From Chiloscyllium plagiosum (lineage: Eukaryota), in assembly GCF_004010195.1 (NCBI RefSeq), contig NC_057719.1, positions 31,280,722 to 31,318,282 of the forward strand: a DNA stretch of 37,561 nt, given 5' to 3'. This document shows, one piece after another, positions 13,023-23,866 of the stretch. Numbering within the stretch: position 1 is the first letter of the stretch; each line of letters starts with the position of its first letter. The notes under the pieces were generated by a model. That model searched no databases, was not told the DNA's origin, and saw only the letters and a list, made by a program, of their open reading frames with translations. Both the position numbers and the translations under genes were made by a program.

Positions 13023-13039
13023 CATTTTAATTTGATGTG

Positions 13040-13615
13040 AGAGGAGCAGCCCACGCGAACACTCAAATGTCCCTAATGAGTACACGTGGAAACTACGCAT
13101 GGTCCAGACGATATTGACTCCTCTGGCACGCTCCACCAGGAGAATTCAAATTGCGCACGCGCAGTCAGCCCGATGGCCCTCGACCGACGGTCTTTGCACG
13201 TACGCATGCGCAGCTATTTGCCGTTATAGCGCGCGTGTGCAGTAGCTCCCTCTTTTTCTGTTTAGGGAGGTGTTGGTGAAGTCGTTCCTGTTTTCACTGA
13301 AACCGGCCCTGACTTTTCTCGGTGAGTGATCGCAGTTTGTCGAGTTCTGAAAGGACGGATTTATCCTCTCCTTGCCTTGACTGTGTTGCGGGCTGTGGAC
13401 TTTCAGCTCCTGGGGCTGTGTGTGTGTGTCAGCAAATGGCGCCGGGCCTGTGACCTGGGCTTCCCTTTGGGCCGGCGCCATTTGCTGGGAGTGCGGGCTG
13501 GCGGCGGCGGCACCTTCCTGCGGGAGGTCTATGTTAGAGGGTCTGAGGCTGGCGGATGTATTGGTAACCAGAAGCCACGCGGCGGCCTCCATTGGGCGAA
13601 TCTCACGTTTTGTGG
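13040..13615 (+). promoter_or_regulatory. FAU: CpG-island promoter of FAU copy 1 (ribosomal-protein-gene type)
   Basis: CpG-dense block in a CpG-poor window. E-box CACGTG 13083-13088; NRF1-like TGCGCACGCGCA 13152-13163 and TACGCATGCGCA 13201-13212; weak TATA-like TTATAG 13224-13229; TCT/5'TOP tract CTCCCTCTTTTTCT 13246-13259; two YY1-like AAATGGCG motifs in intron 1 (13434-13441 and the reverse within 13474-13483). Confidence 0.85.
13246..13321 (+). other. FAU: FAU copy 1 non-coding exon 1 (5'TOP)
   Basis: Starts in the oligopyrimidine tract (YCTYTYY initiator match at 13249-13255) and ends at donor G|GTGAGT (13322). FAU has a non-coding first exon. The exact TSS is uncertain by a few nt. 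Confidence 0.75.
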
Positions 13616-13724
13616 CTGTTCAGGGCATTGGTGAAACTATGTAAAGCGAATTCTTTTTTTCTGAACAAAAGAATATTAGAGGGCAGGAACAGGCTCTCAC
13701 CAAGAGCGCACCGACACATGACTG

Positions 13725-14875
13725 TTCAATCTCGCCTCGATGCTAATGCCCTCTAAATCGGGCAACATCCTAGTAAACTTTTTCTGTACCATCTCGAAAG
13801 CTCCCCCACCCCATCCTTCTAGTATTGCGTGACCAGAACTGTACATAATGTTCCAATATGGCCTAACTAAAATTCTATAAATCCACAACATGACTCGTTG
13901 ATTTTTTTTTGTACACTGTGCCCTGATTAGCAAAGGCAAGTATGTCATCTTGACCACCTAGTCCACTTTGAGGGAACTGTGCATCTGTATGCCTAGATCC
14001 TTTGACACCTACATTTACTGAATACTTCCCTTCTTCATTACGTCTTCCAAAGTGTATCACTTTGCATTTATCTTTATTAAAATCCATCTGCCATTTATTC
14101 ACCCAAGTCCCCAAGCTGCCTACATCCTGCTAGGTCCTCTTGCAAACTTCCTCACTGTCCGAAGCTTCCCCCAACCTTTTGTGTCATCGACACACTTACT
14201 AATCAGGCCACTTGCATTCTCCGATTCATTTATATATAATACAAACAAAAGCGGTCCTAGCACCGATCCCTGCAGAACACCACTGTTCACAGATCTCCAG
14301 TCAGAAAAAAACACCCACCACTATCGTCTTCTAATGACCAACTCAGATCTGTATTCATCCAGCCACCTCACTATGCATTCCATGGGACTGCCTCTTGTGT
14401 CAGCCAGCCACGTGGGACCACATTCCGTACTCTTTCTTCATCAATCACTTCTGTCACTTTCTCAGGAAATACAATCAATTTTGAGACTTTTTGCTAATCT
14501 TAATTTTTCCACATGAGTAAATTCTGACCTTAAGAATCTTCTCCAATAAATTTCCTATCACTGACGTGAGGCTCACAAGTTTGTAATTTCCCTTAAGCAA
14601 AGGAAGAATGTTGACTATTCTCCAGCCCACTGGAGCCCCTCGTGTCACCAGATAGGATACAAAGATTTCATATGTGACCACAGAACTTCCGTCCCTCAGC
14701 ATTCTTGGATTGGCCCCATCAGGTTTCAAGGACTTGTCAAACTTAATGCTTTTCAAAGTTCCCAACACCATCACCATTTATTAATATCAACATGCCCCAT
14801 AATGTTCACAAACCACCATGTCCTCCAGTGCAAGATATTTGTTAAGGACCTCACCCACTTCCTCCAACTTCACAC
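13725..14875 (-). mobile_element. CR1 LINE RT-region fragment in FAU copy 1 intron 1
   Basis: Broken ORFs with SGVLQGSVLGPLLFVLYIN...CVDDTK and WQMDFNKDKCKVIHFG. Confidence 0.88.
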
Positions 14876-14877
14876 AC

Positions 14878-16380
14878 CGAGTCGTAGAGATATACAGCAC
14901 AGAGCGCACACTTCTGCCTAACTTGTACGTGTTGACCAGATATCCTAAATTAATCTAGTCATGTTTGCCGGCACTTGGCCCACATTCCTCTCAACCCTTC
15001 TTATTCATAAAATCATCTAGTTGCCTTTTAAATGCTGTAATTGTACCAGCGTCCACCACTTACTTTGGCAGCTCATTCCATATGTCCACCACCCTTTGCC
15101 TGAAAAAGTTGCCCCTTAGATCCCTTTTAAATCTCCCCTCTTGCCTTAAACCTATGCCCTCTAGTCTGGACTGCATCGCCCCCAGGGAAAAGACCTTATC
15201 TATTTATCCTATCCATGCCCCTCATGATTTTATTAACCTCTATAAGATCACCCCTCAGCCTCTGATGCTCCAGAGAAAACAGCCTCAATCTATTCAGCGT
15301 CTTCCTATAGTTCAAACCCTCCAACCCTGGCAAAATCCTTTGTAAATCTTTTCTGAACTCCTTCAAGTTTCACAATATCCTTTCTATAGGAGGGAATTGC
15401 ACACAATATTCCAACACATCTATCCTGGGACAGGCGAAGCAAAGACATGCCAGAGAATTCCTAGAGGCCTGGCACTCCTCCTACAACGCCATAAACAAAC
15501 ACATAGATCTAGATACCATCTATCAACCCCTCAGAAAACAAACAGAAAATGACCACCACAAACCCCAGGAACCCCATCCAGGACAAACCTATAAATAGAA
15601 AGCAGGAGACAACAGCTTCGCTTCACTTGGAGGACGCCACTGAAGCTGTTTCCTAGCCAGGTAATGAAACGTCTGGATATCAAACCTGCTCCCCAAACCT
15701 CAGCCTGAGCTACAAACCTTGCATATTCCAAAAGTGGCTTAACCAATGTTAAGATGAAACATGACCTCCCAACCCCTATACTCAATGCTGTGATCAATAA
15801 AGGCAAGCATACCAAATGTCGTTTTCACTGTCCTATCTACCTGCGACTCCACTTTCAAGTAACTATGAATTTGCACTCCAAGGTCTTTTTGTTCAGCAAC
15901 ACCCCACAGGACCTTACCATGTAGTATATAAGTCCTGCCCTGATTTGCCTTTCCAAAATGCAGCACCTCACATTTATCTAAATTAAACTCCATCTGCCAC
16001 TCCTCAGCCCGTTTGCTCATGTGATCAAGATCCCATTGTACTCTGAGATAACCTTCTTCGCTGTCTACTGTACCTCCAGTTTTGGTGTTATCTGCACATT
16101 TACTAATTATATCTCCTATGTTCACATCTAAATTATTCATATAAATGACAAAAAGTGGTGGGCCCTGCACCAATCTTTGTGGCACATCATTGGTCACATG
16201 CCTCCAGTCTGAAAAGCAACCCTGCACTACCACCCTCTGTCGAACCGGTTCTGTATCAAAGTGGCTAGTTCTCGCTGTATGCCATATGTTCTAACCTTGT
16301 TAACTAATCTATCATGAGGAACCTTGTCAAATGCCTTACTGAAGTCCATATAGATCATATCCACCACTCTGCCCTCAATC
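14878..16380 (-). mobile_element. CR1 (HER1-like) LINE fragment
   Basis: ORFs with YMDFSKAFDKVPHDRL, VPQ..VQGPPLFVIYMN and WQMEFNLDKCEVLHFG, plus the 3' tail at 14878. Confidence 0.9.
15415..15722 (+). mobile_element. 5'-truncated Penelope-like element nested in CR1
   Basis: Encodes a GIY-YIG C-terminus (TSILGQAKQRHAREFLEAWHS..NAINKHIDLDTIYQPLR). Flanked by the 9-bp direct repeat ATATTCCAA (15406-15414; 15723-15731). Confidence 0.8.
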
Positions 16381-16384
16381 CTCT

Positions 16385-17610
16385 TAGAGTTTCTTTGTCC
16401 TTGAGTGGACCCATCCTTCCCTTCAGTACAGTCTTGCTCCTCCTGCATGTTAAAACACCTGTAATTTTCATTAATCCTGTTTACTAAAGACCTTTCGTCG
16501 CCCCTTTTGGTCTTCCTAATTCCGCTGTCTTTGTATTATTTCAGCGCTCTTGTGTCTTCAGTTTCCTAAATCTTACATATGCCTCCCTTTTTTCTCTTTG
16601 ACTAAACTCTCAATTTCTTCTGTTATCCAAGGTTCCCAAATCTTGCCATCCGCATTTTTTCCTTTTCACAGGAACACACTAGTCCTGAATTCTTAATCTA
16701 CTTTAAAAGAGTCCCCACATGATAGATGTGGGCTTACCCCAAAACAGCTAACTTCAATCTATATTCCCAAGTTCCTGCCTGATATTGTCATGGTTAGCCT
16801 TCCCCAAATTTCACCTTAAGACTTTTCTTACCCTGGCCTCGTTCCCCAACACCAGATCTTTTATGAGTACTTGCCTCGTTGAGTTATTGACATGTTGCTT
16901 CAAGAAACCCTTGCTGGATGCATCTAAAAAGTTCCCCCACTCCCACCCCCATCCAAGATCCTGGCACTTTGGGAGTCCTAGTCAATTTGGCAAAGTTAAA
17001 ATTACCCATTACTTATACGAAAATTCTTTTTACATTTTTCCATAATCTGTTCACTTACCTGTTCCTGTCTCCTGCTGGCTCTTGGGAGACTGCAATACAT
17101 CAAAGTGATGGTACTCTTTCTATTCCTGAGCTCTACCATATGGCCTCACTTAATGAGTCCCTCCAAGGTGTCCTCCCTCGGTACAGCTGTGATATTCTTT
17201 TCCCTGATCCCAACACCCTCATCTCTTTTTTGTATCCCTTTCTCGTGTGAAACGTCAGAATACTGGAACATTAAGCTGCCAGTCTGGATCCCTCGCAAAT
17301 AAGATTTTGTAACAGCTGCAGCATCATAATTTTGTGTACTAATCCAAGCTCTAAGTTCATCTGTCTTAACTGTCATACTCCTCACTTTAAAACACTACAG
17401 ACCACCAGTCCTGTAGTGTTCATTAACCTCTCCCTGTCTGTTCTTCCTCATAGCCTTACTGGCCTAAATCTGTAATTCCTTGGTTATTTCTCTTGCTTAC
17501 CTAATGGTCTGGACGCTACAGTTGGACGCATTTCCTGTATATGTAGTCTTCACAGACATTCAAACTATTTCTGGTTTCCTACATTCCGCAGGAGAAGCAT
17601 ACTACCTTGC
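16385..17610 (-). mobile_element. CR1 LINE 5' portion (AP-endonuclease region), decayed
   Basis: ORF 17146-17385 (KTDELRAWISTQNYDAAAVTKSYL) resembles the CR1 APE N-terminus. Confidence 0.75.
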
Positions 17611-18881
17611 TGATGTTTTTACCCTCTAGCAACTACTTAATTTTAAAAGATTATATTAACTTACAGCTAACTAAATGGTCCCTAAGGTTAGGTTCTCACT
17701 AAAAAACACTACATACACTATTGTGTGCAATAGTCTTGATACTATAAATCCTAATACTGTACTACTGTACCACTAGCTAAATCCCATTACACTCAAACTT
17801 TATGGATATTAAACGTTCATGGCAATTGAAGATGAGGAAAAATATCTCCTCACCCCAGTTTACCAATCAGAAGCCCTTCTGTCCAAAACATCTTTTTTGA
17901 ACTTGCAATGTCATAAAACACAACTCCCACTATATTCCCTGTGTAATTGATTAAGCTACTCAAAATTAAGCCCTGCACTTGAGTTTTTACCTGCTCCAGT
18001 TGCTGCCTCCTCCCTCTGACTTCTGGTTCCATTTGCTAGCTACTACTCAAAACTAGCAGTCATGGTGACTGTGCCAACATCTCCCAGAATCCTCCTCAGT
18101 TGCTTTGCACTGGTACCCTCTTGATGCTCTTCCTCCTCTTGAGCATTGTGTATTCTGCAACTCCCTATTCCGTAATGGTGACTGATTCAATTACTCCCAA
18201 AATCCTTGAGCACTTCTCAGTTTGCCCCATAGTGTGAAGGTATTGAGTATGTGGGACTGTCATTCTCAGAGAGTGGTAAATTAAGATCTCTTAAAGGAGT
18301 TGAAGGTTATTGAGATTAGATGGGAATGTAGCCTTGAGAACACAATTCCTAATCAACCATTATCTTATTTGATGACAGATCAGCAACAGCAGGCTATGGT
18401 CTATTTCTGCTACCATTAAATGTTCATAAAATGACCTCTTGAAATGGTGATGATTGTTGTTTGCATGTTTTCCCCTTCTCTTCCTTTTATTCCCTGCTCT
18501 GTATCATATTATTAAAGAATAGCAATTTACATTTAATGTAGTGTGTTTAACTTTTGAGTGTGAGGTAGTGTTCATCCTCAGTTGCCATGAGAATTCGGTG
18601 AAATCTTTCATAAATCATTATAGGAACAGTTTGAGGGGTGGCTTGCTAGGCCACCTCAAAGGATGATTAAGAGCATGGGTCTGCAATTGCCTATGGTCCA
18701 AATGAGTTAGATGGCAACTTTATTATCTAGATTTCTATTGGCACCAAATATGGAATTGTTTTTCTTGATGGCTGTCTTTATTTACTGTTATGAGTGGAAA
18801 CTGATTTGATATCTGAAGTTTTTAAGTGAAATTTGTGCAGTTAGTACTTCACTTGGATTTTTTTTGCCCCTTAGAATCACC

Positions 18882-18956
18882 ATGCAGCTGTTTCTACACG
18901 CTCAGAAGACCCACACGCTTGATGTGAATGGAGAAGAGACTGTTAGGCAAATTAAG
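18882..18956 (+). CDS. FAU: FAU copy 1 exon 2 (FUBI N-terminus)
   Basis: Acceptor TTAG ending 18874, CACC-ATG Kozak context, [25 protein letters not shown], donor GTAAAC. 75 coding nt. Confidence 0.95.
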
Positions 18957-19045
18957 GTAAACTAACTTCTCAATAGTAAACTAACTTTTTAAATCTTAAG
19001 ATCTTAACCTCTATTATTTTTATTTGTATATTTTTAATAATTACC

Positions 19046-21705
19046 AGGGAAAGAGTAGACCCACTCAAGGACAAAGGAGGAAAGTTATGCATGGTGCCAC
19101 AAGATGTGGGAGAGATCCTTAATGAGTACTCTGTATCAATATTCATCAAGGAGAAGGACATAACTGATGTTGAAGTCAGGGATGAGTGTGTGAATACTTT
19201 AGAGAAAGTCAGTGTACTGAAGGAGGACGTTTTGGGTATCCTAATTTGCATTAAGGTAGATGAGTGCCCAGGGCCAGATGGGATCTATCCCAGGTTACTA
19301 CAAGAGGCACGGGAACAAATAGTTCAGGCATTGGCAGATAACTTAACATCCTCTTTGGCCATAGGCAAGGTTCTAGTGTACTAAGAGATTAGCCAATGTT
19401 GTTCCTTTCCTTTAAGAAAAGAAGCAGGGATAATCTAGGAAATTATAGGCTGGTGAACCTGACATCTGTGGTGGGGAAGCTGTTGGAGAAGATATTGAGG
19501 GGCAAGATATAGGCACATTTGCAATAAAATGTTAGTGACGGGTATCATGGTTTTGTACGGGGTTGTCTCACCAACCTAATTGAATTTGTTTTTGAAAAAG
19601 TGACACACCTAATTGATGAGGGAAGGGCTGTGGATGTAGTTTTACATGGACTTTAGTAAGGCATCTGATAAAGTCCCACATGGCAGATGATACAAAACCA
19701 AAATCACGTGCGATTTTGGGTGGCCTGGCTCGATGGATACGACTGCTTTGGTCAAAGACGAGAGAGTAGTGGTGGAAGAGTGTTTTTCAGAATGGAGACC
19801 AGTAACTAGTGTTCCACAGGGATCAGTCTTTGGTCCCCTGGTGTTTGTAGTATACACAAAAATGTCGAGTATCCGAACGAGATGGGTGAGGAGTATTTTG
19901 TTCGGATAACTGATCTGATCGTAAACAAAGGAAGCCATACCGAACATAATTACATAAAAAAGCATGTTTAGAGTTTATATTTCATTCAGTTGATAAGTGT
20001 GCAAACACTGGATATTGCTTAAAAATTTGTGGTATTTTACAAAATCAAATCACTTTTGCGTAAATAAAATTCATTGAGGAGGAGGTTGGGTTATTTTTCG
20101 AAGAAAATATCTAGTTGCTGTTGCTTGAAGTGCTTGTGTTTCTTTGCTCCACTACTCCAATCACAGCTTCATGTACACTTCAAATGAGGCATCTACTAAA
20201 TCTATATTATTGGCGTCAATTTTATCAATCTTGGATGAATATATCTTTAGGTGTAACATTATGCCTCAGCATGTATAAAAGTCAAAGTAATTCTAACATG
20301 AAGTAATTTTTAATTTTAAATACTTACTATCTTAAAATTAGTTACTTAGTAAATATGGATATTTTTGGTAATTTTTCTTGGTCATAATTTCCTGCGATTA
20401 AAACACTGGAAATACTAAAACCAGACTGTTCATTACCCAGTACAAACTCCTCTCTCATCTTGATTTCATTTCATTTGCCAGCTTTCAAATTGAAGCAGAT
20501 CATTCAAAATTCACATCGCACTTCTGGCAACACTCCTGCTATTTCAGACCAGGTGAAATTCTATCCATTCATTTGCAATCTTATTTGATGATTGAAGTAC
20601 ACTCTGACCATCTTTCCAACCACACCCCTCGCCGCACTCCATAAATATTACACCAATTAAAATCCCATATGCTGTTGCAGTCAACTCATCACCCTCCTTG
20701 CTGATGCACTCAGATTTCCTGATTGCGATTGTTGCACCAGTGTCGGTAACATTACTTTGATGTAATGTTTTTACAGGGCCTCGAGATCTTGTTCGGATAA
20801 TCCGAAGTTCAGATAATTGGTGTTCAGATAACAAAGGTTATTCTGTTTATATAAAATGATTTGGAGGAAAATGTGGATGGTCTGATTAGTAAGTTTGTGG
20901 ATGACACAAAGATTGGAGTTGTTGATAGTGCCGATAATTGATTGTGAAAGGAGACAACAGAATGTAGATGGGAGACTTGGGCACAAATGGCAGATGTCGT
21001 TTAATTCACACAAATGCAACATGATGCATTTTGGAAGATCAAATTTAGGTGTGAATTATACTGTAAATGGCAGAACCCTTGGGAACATTAATATACAGAC
21101 AGACCTGGATGAGAAGGTCCATAGATGGCCAAAGTAATTCAGAAGGCACATGACATGCTTGCCTTCCTTGGCCAGGGCATGGAGTACAAGAGTTGGCGAA
21201 CCATGTTGCAGCTATATAAAATCCTTATTAAGCCGCAGTTGGAGTATTGTGTATAGTTTTGGTCACCACACTACTAAAAGGACGTGAAACCTTTGGAGAG
21301 AGTACAGAGAAGGTTCACCAGGATGTTGCCTGGTCTTGAGGGCATTGGCTTTGGAGAAAAGTTTTTTTAAAAAAAAATAGGATTGCTTTCGCTGGAAAAA
21401 TGGCGGCTGAGAGGAGACTCTACAAAATTGAGAGGTATCGATTGAGTGGGTAGTCAAAGGCTTTTCCCCAGGGTTGAAGTTTCAATTACAAGGGGGCAGA
21501 GGTTCAAGGTGGGTGGGGGGGAAAGTTTTAAGGGAGGTGTGTGAGGGAAGCTTTTCATGTAGAGTGGGAGGAGCCTGGAACGCACTGCCAGAAGAGGTGG
21601 TGGAAGCAGACACGTTGGCGACATTTAAGAGCCATCTAGGTGTTTGCATGAGCAGGAAGAGAATAGAGGGCTATGGATCGAATAAGGCAGAAGGTTTGTT
21701 TTTAG
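19046..21705 (+). mobile_element. CR1 LINE in FAU copy 1 intron 2, split by a DNA transposon
   Basis: ORF pieces EILNEY..SIF, CPGPDGIYPRLL, YMDFSKA.DKVPH, WQMSFN..KC and WNALPEEVVEA. Absent from the equivalent position of copy 2, where homology stops at ...AATTACC 19045/36096. Confidence 0.9.
19855..20845 (-). mobile_element. Tigger/pogo-like (Tc1-mariner) non-autonomous DNA element
   Basis: Interrupts CR1 at a TATA site. Degenerate 24-bp TIRs (15/24) ending TATC(C/T)GAAC. Subterminal GTTC(G/A)GATAA repeats at 19900, 20791, 20807 and 20822. Minus-strand KQQQLDIFF at 20100-20126 resembles a pogo/Tigger transposase C-terminus. Confidence 0.7.
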
Positions 21706-22457
21706 CATGTAAGCTTGCTCGCTGAGCTGGAAAGTTTGTTTTCAGACATTTTGTCACCATACCAGGCAACATAATCAGTGAGTCTCTGGTGAAGCCTGAT
21801 TTGATGTGTACTTAAATCACCACTGAAGTAATTTCTACAAATTCTGTTTAGAGGTGACTCCATACTTAGATACAGTATGAGAGATTAGCCTCTGTCATAC
21901 AACAGTGTGCTCCTTGGTGTGCTCTATTCTTTATTCTTTTAATTGCAACTGTCACTGCAAAACCTCCTCAATTCGTAAGTGTAGAAAGTCAAGTGGTTTG
22001 GGATTATAACAGATTATTACAGTAATCAGGTGAAGTCTGTGCTGTTTAGGTAATGCATGTTTAGATAATGTTTTAATAATCCCTATTACATCAGTGTTTA
22101 TAAAATGGCTTTTTGGTCAGTCAGCTGGTAAGAAAGAAGGTGAACTGTACTCTAAAAATGCATTTCATTGAGTATGTGACAGACTTTAATAAAGTAGATG
22201 CGACATTACTGTATCGTGTTGTGATATTTTGCAGTAGACATTTGTGAAGTTTTTTTATTCACTGCTGGCTACAAAAATTTAATTGTAAATTCAATTTGGG
22301 ATGTGAAATTTTTGGGTTCCATGAGTAACAGTCCAAAAAATCCTGTTCTGTATACCTTTAAATGTTAAAGTGCTGATTATTTTGTATATTGATCCTTGGA
22401 CAGTTCTGTTTTGCTTGCCCCAAGAATCTCATTTATGATTTTCTTTTTTTAATTCAG

Positions 22458-22602
22458 GCCCATGTCGAATCCCTAGAAGGAGTCTCTGCTGTTGACCAAG
22501 TGCTCCTCTTGGCTGGTACTCCCTTAGATGATGATGCCATCATAGGCCAATGTGGTATAAATGAGCACTGCACACTAGAAGTAGTTGCTCGATTGCTGGG
22601 TG
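22458..22602 (+). CDS. FAU: FAU copy 1 exon 3 (FUBI C-terminal part)
   Basis: CAG acceptor, 145 nt, [48 protein letters not shown](G), donor GTATGT. The ubiquitin-like di-Gly is completed across the junction. Confidence 0.96.
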
Positions 22603-23525
22603 GTATGTATTATTATGATTTGAATTTCCCTAATCAGTATTTTTTTAAAAATTGTGTTGAATGTTTACAGTATTGGCAGCAGAGTCATTTCAATTGACCT
22701 GATAGGTTAGTGTTTGCAGCATAACCATCGGCATTGCCATCTATTTCTTTCTCTGTATAATTATGAAGAAATTCCCTTAAATACATTAACATTAGGTTGC
22801 ATAAAGATGTGTAGTGCATTTTGTAGAGGTAATCTTGTTGATAAATATTGAAGAATTATTTGCCACATAACCATATTATTGCCACCAAAATTAAACTCAA
22901 ACTCACTATTTTCTCTATGCTGATGTCACATAAATTGCCTTTCCTCAGTTTGTTGCAGATCATGGAATGGTTGGTGTTAAGAAATTTGACTTTGGAGTGT
23001 GCCAATGTTAATATCAATTACTTTTTTTCAGATTTTAATAAGATTGTTTTTTTTTTGCTGAGAACCCATGCCTTTTTCGTTGTCCAAGGGTGCTGCATCC
23101 CTAGTTGAATTAAGCATGGAATTGTAGATATTTTCTCAAACTATTTAGAGATGTTATTTCCTGTGGAGCAGTGCTATTCAAACCTGAGCCTCTTGGTCTG
23201 GAGATAGGGATACTACCACTGCATCATGTGTCAAGTCTAAATTGTATGTTGTTGGTTTGGTGCTAGTAACTGAGTTGTTCAGTAAATGAATAAGCTCTTC
23301 AGTGGTGTATACTTTCCTCTAATAATTGCTTAAGTATGTGGAGGTTTGTGCACCAGCCTCGAGATGGTCGAACAGCTCTTGCAAGTCTGTATATGACTTA
23401 AGATCTGTCTAGAATGTCTCGAATATAAATTTACAAACAGTAAACCAAAAGTTTAGTTTGGAAGTCTGTTTATGATGTCTGTCTTAAAATAGACCATAAG
23501 CTTTTTTTCACTCCCTTATTTTTAG

Positions 23526-23581
23526 GCAAGGTCCATGGATCCCTTGCTCGTGCTGGGAAAGTGAAAGGTCAGACTCCCAAG
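23526..23581 (+). CDS. FAU: FAU copy 1 exon 4 (ribosomal protein eS30 N-terminus)
   Basis: TAG acceptor, 56 nt, (G)[18 protein letters not shown], donor GTAAGC. Confidence 0.96.
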
Positions 23582-23866
23582 GTAAGCTTGACTGACTGAA
23601 GGCAACCTGCAGCAAAAGTATCTAAGATTTTCTTGTACTTTTGTGTTTTTGTATATCTAAACAATATGCACACAATTGTATTGAATGTGATGAACAGCCA
23701 TACTAGTAACTATCAGGTGAATTATCAATCTGAATTGTCTCACCTGTCAAGGCCATGAGTCATTGCATAATCTCTATTATTGGTTGGTGTTTGTCAATGA
23801 TAAAAAGCCATTTCCAATTTGATTGAAGTTTTGTGTTCATTTTAGTTAACAAAACTTTACACCAGG

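Noticed and set aside
13224..13644. Overlapping 74-146 aa ORFs on both strands, repeated at 31775-32281
   Set aside because: They are by-products of a GC-rich, stop-poor CpG island and cross the exon 1 donor. They resemble no protein family I recognise, and their identity between copies just reflects DNA identity.
21850..21960. Possible H/ACA snoRNA in FAU intron 2 (hairpin, ATACAA H-box-like motif, weak second stem)
   Set aside because: The second hairpin is poor and no ACA box follows it.
23687..23733. Possible box C/D snoRNA in FAU intron 4 (GTGATGA...CTGA)
   Set aside because: Only 47 nt from box C to box D, with no properly placed terminal stem and no recognisable rRNA guide. An Rfam/snoscan search would settle it.
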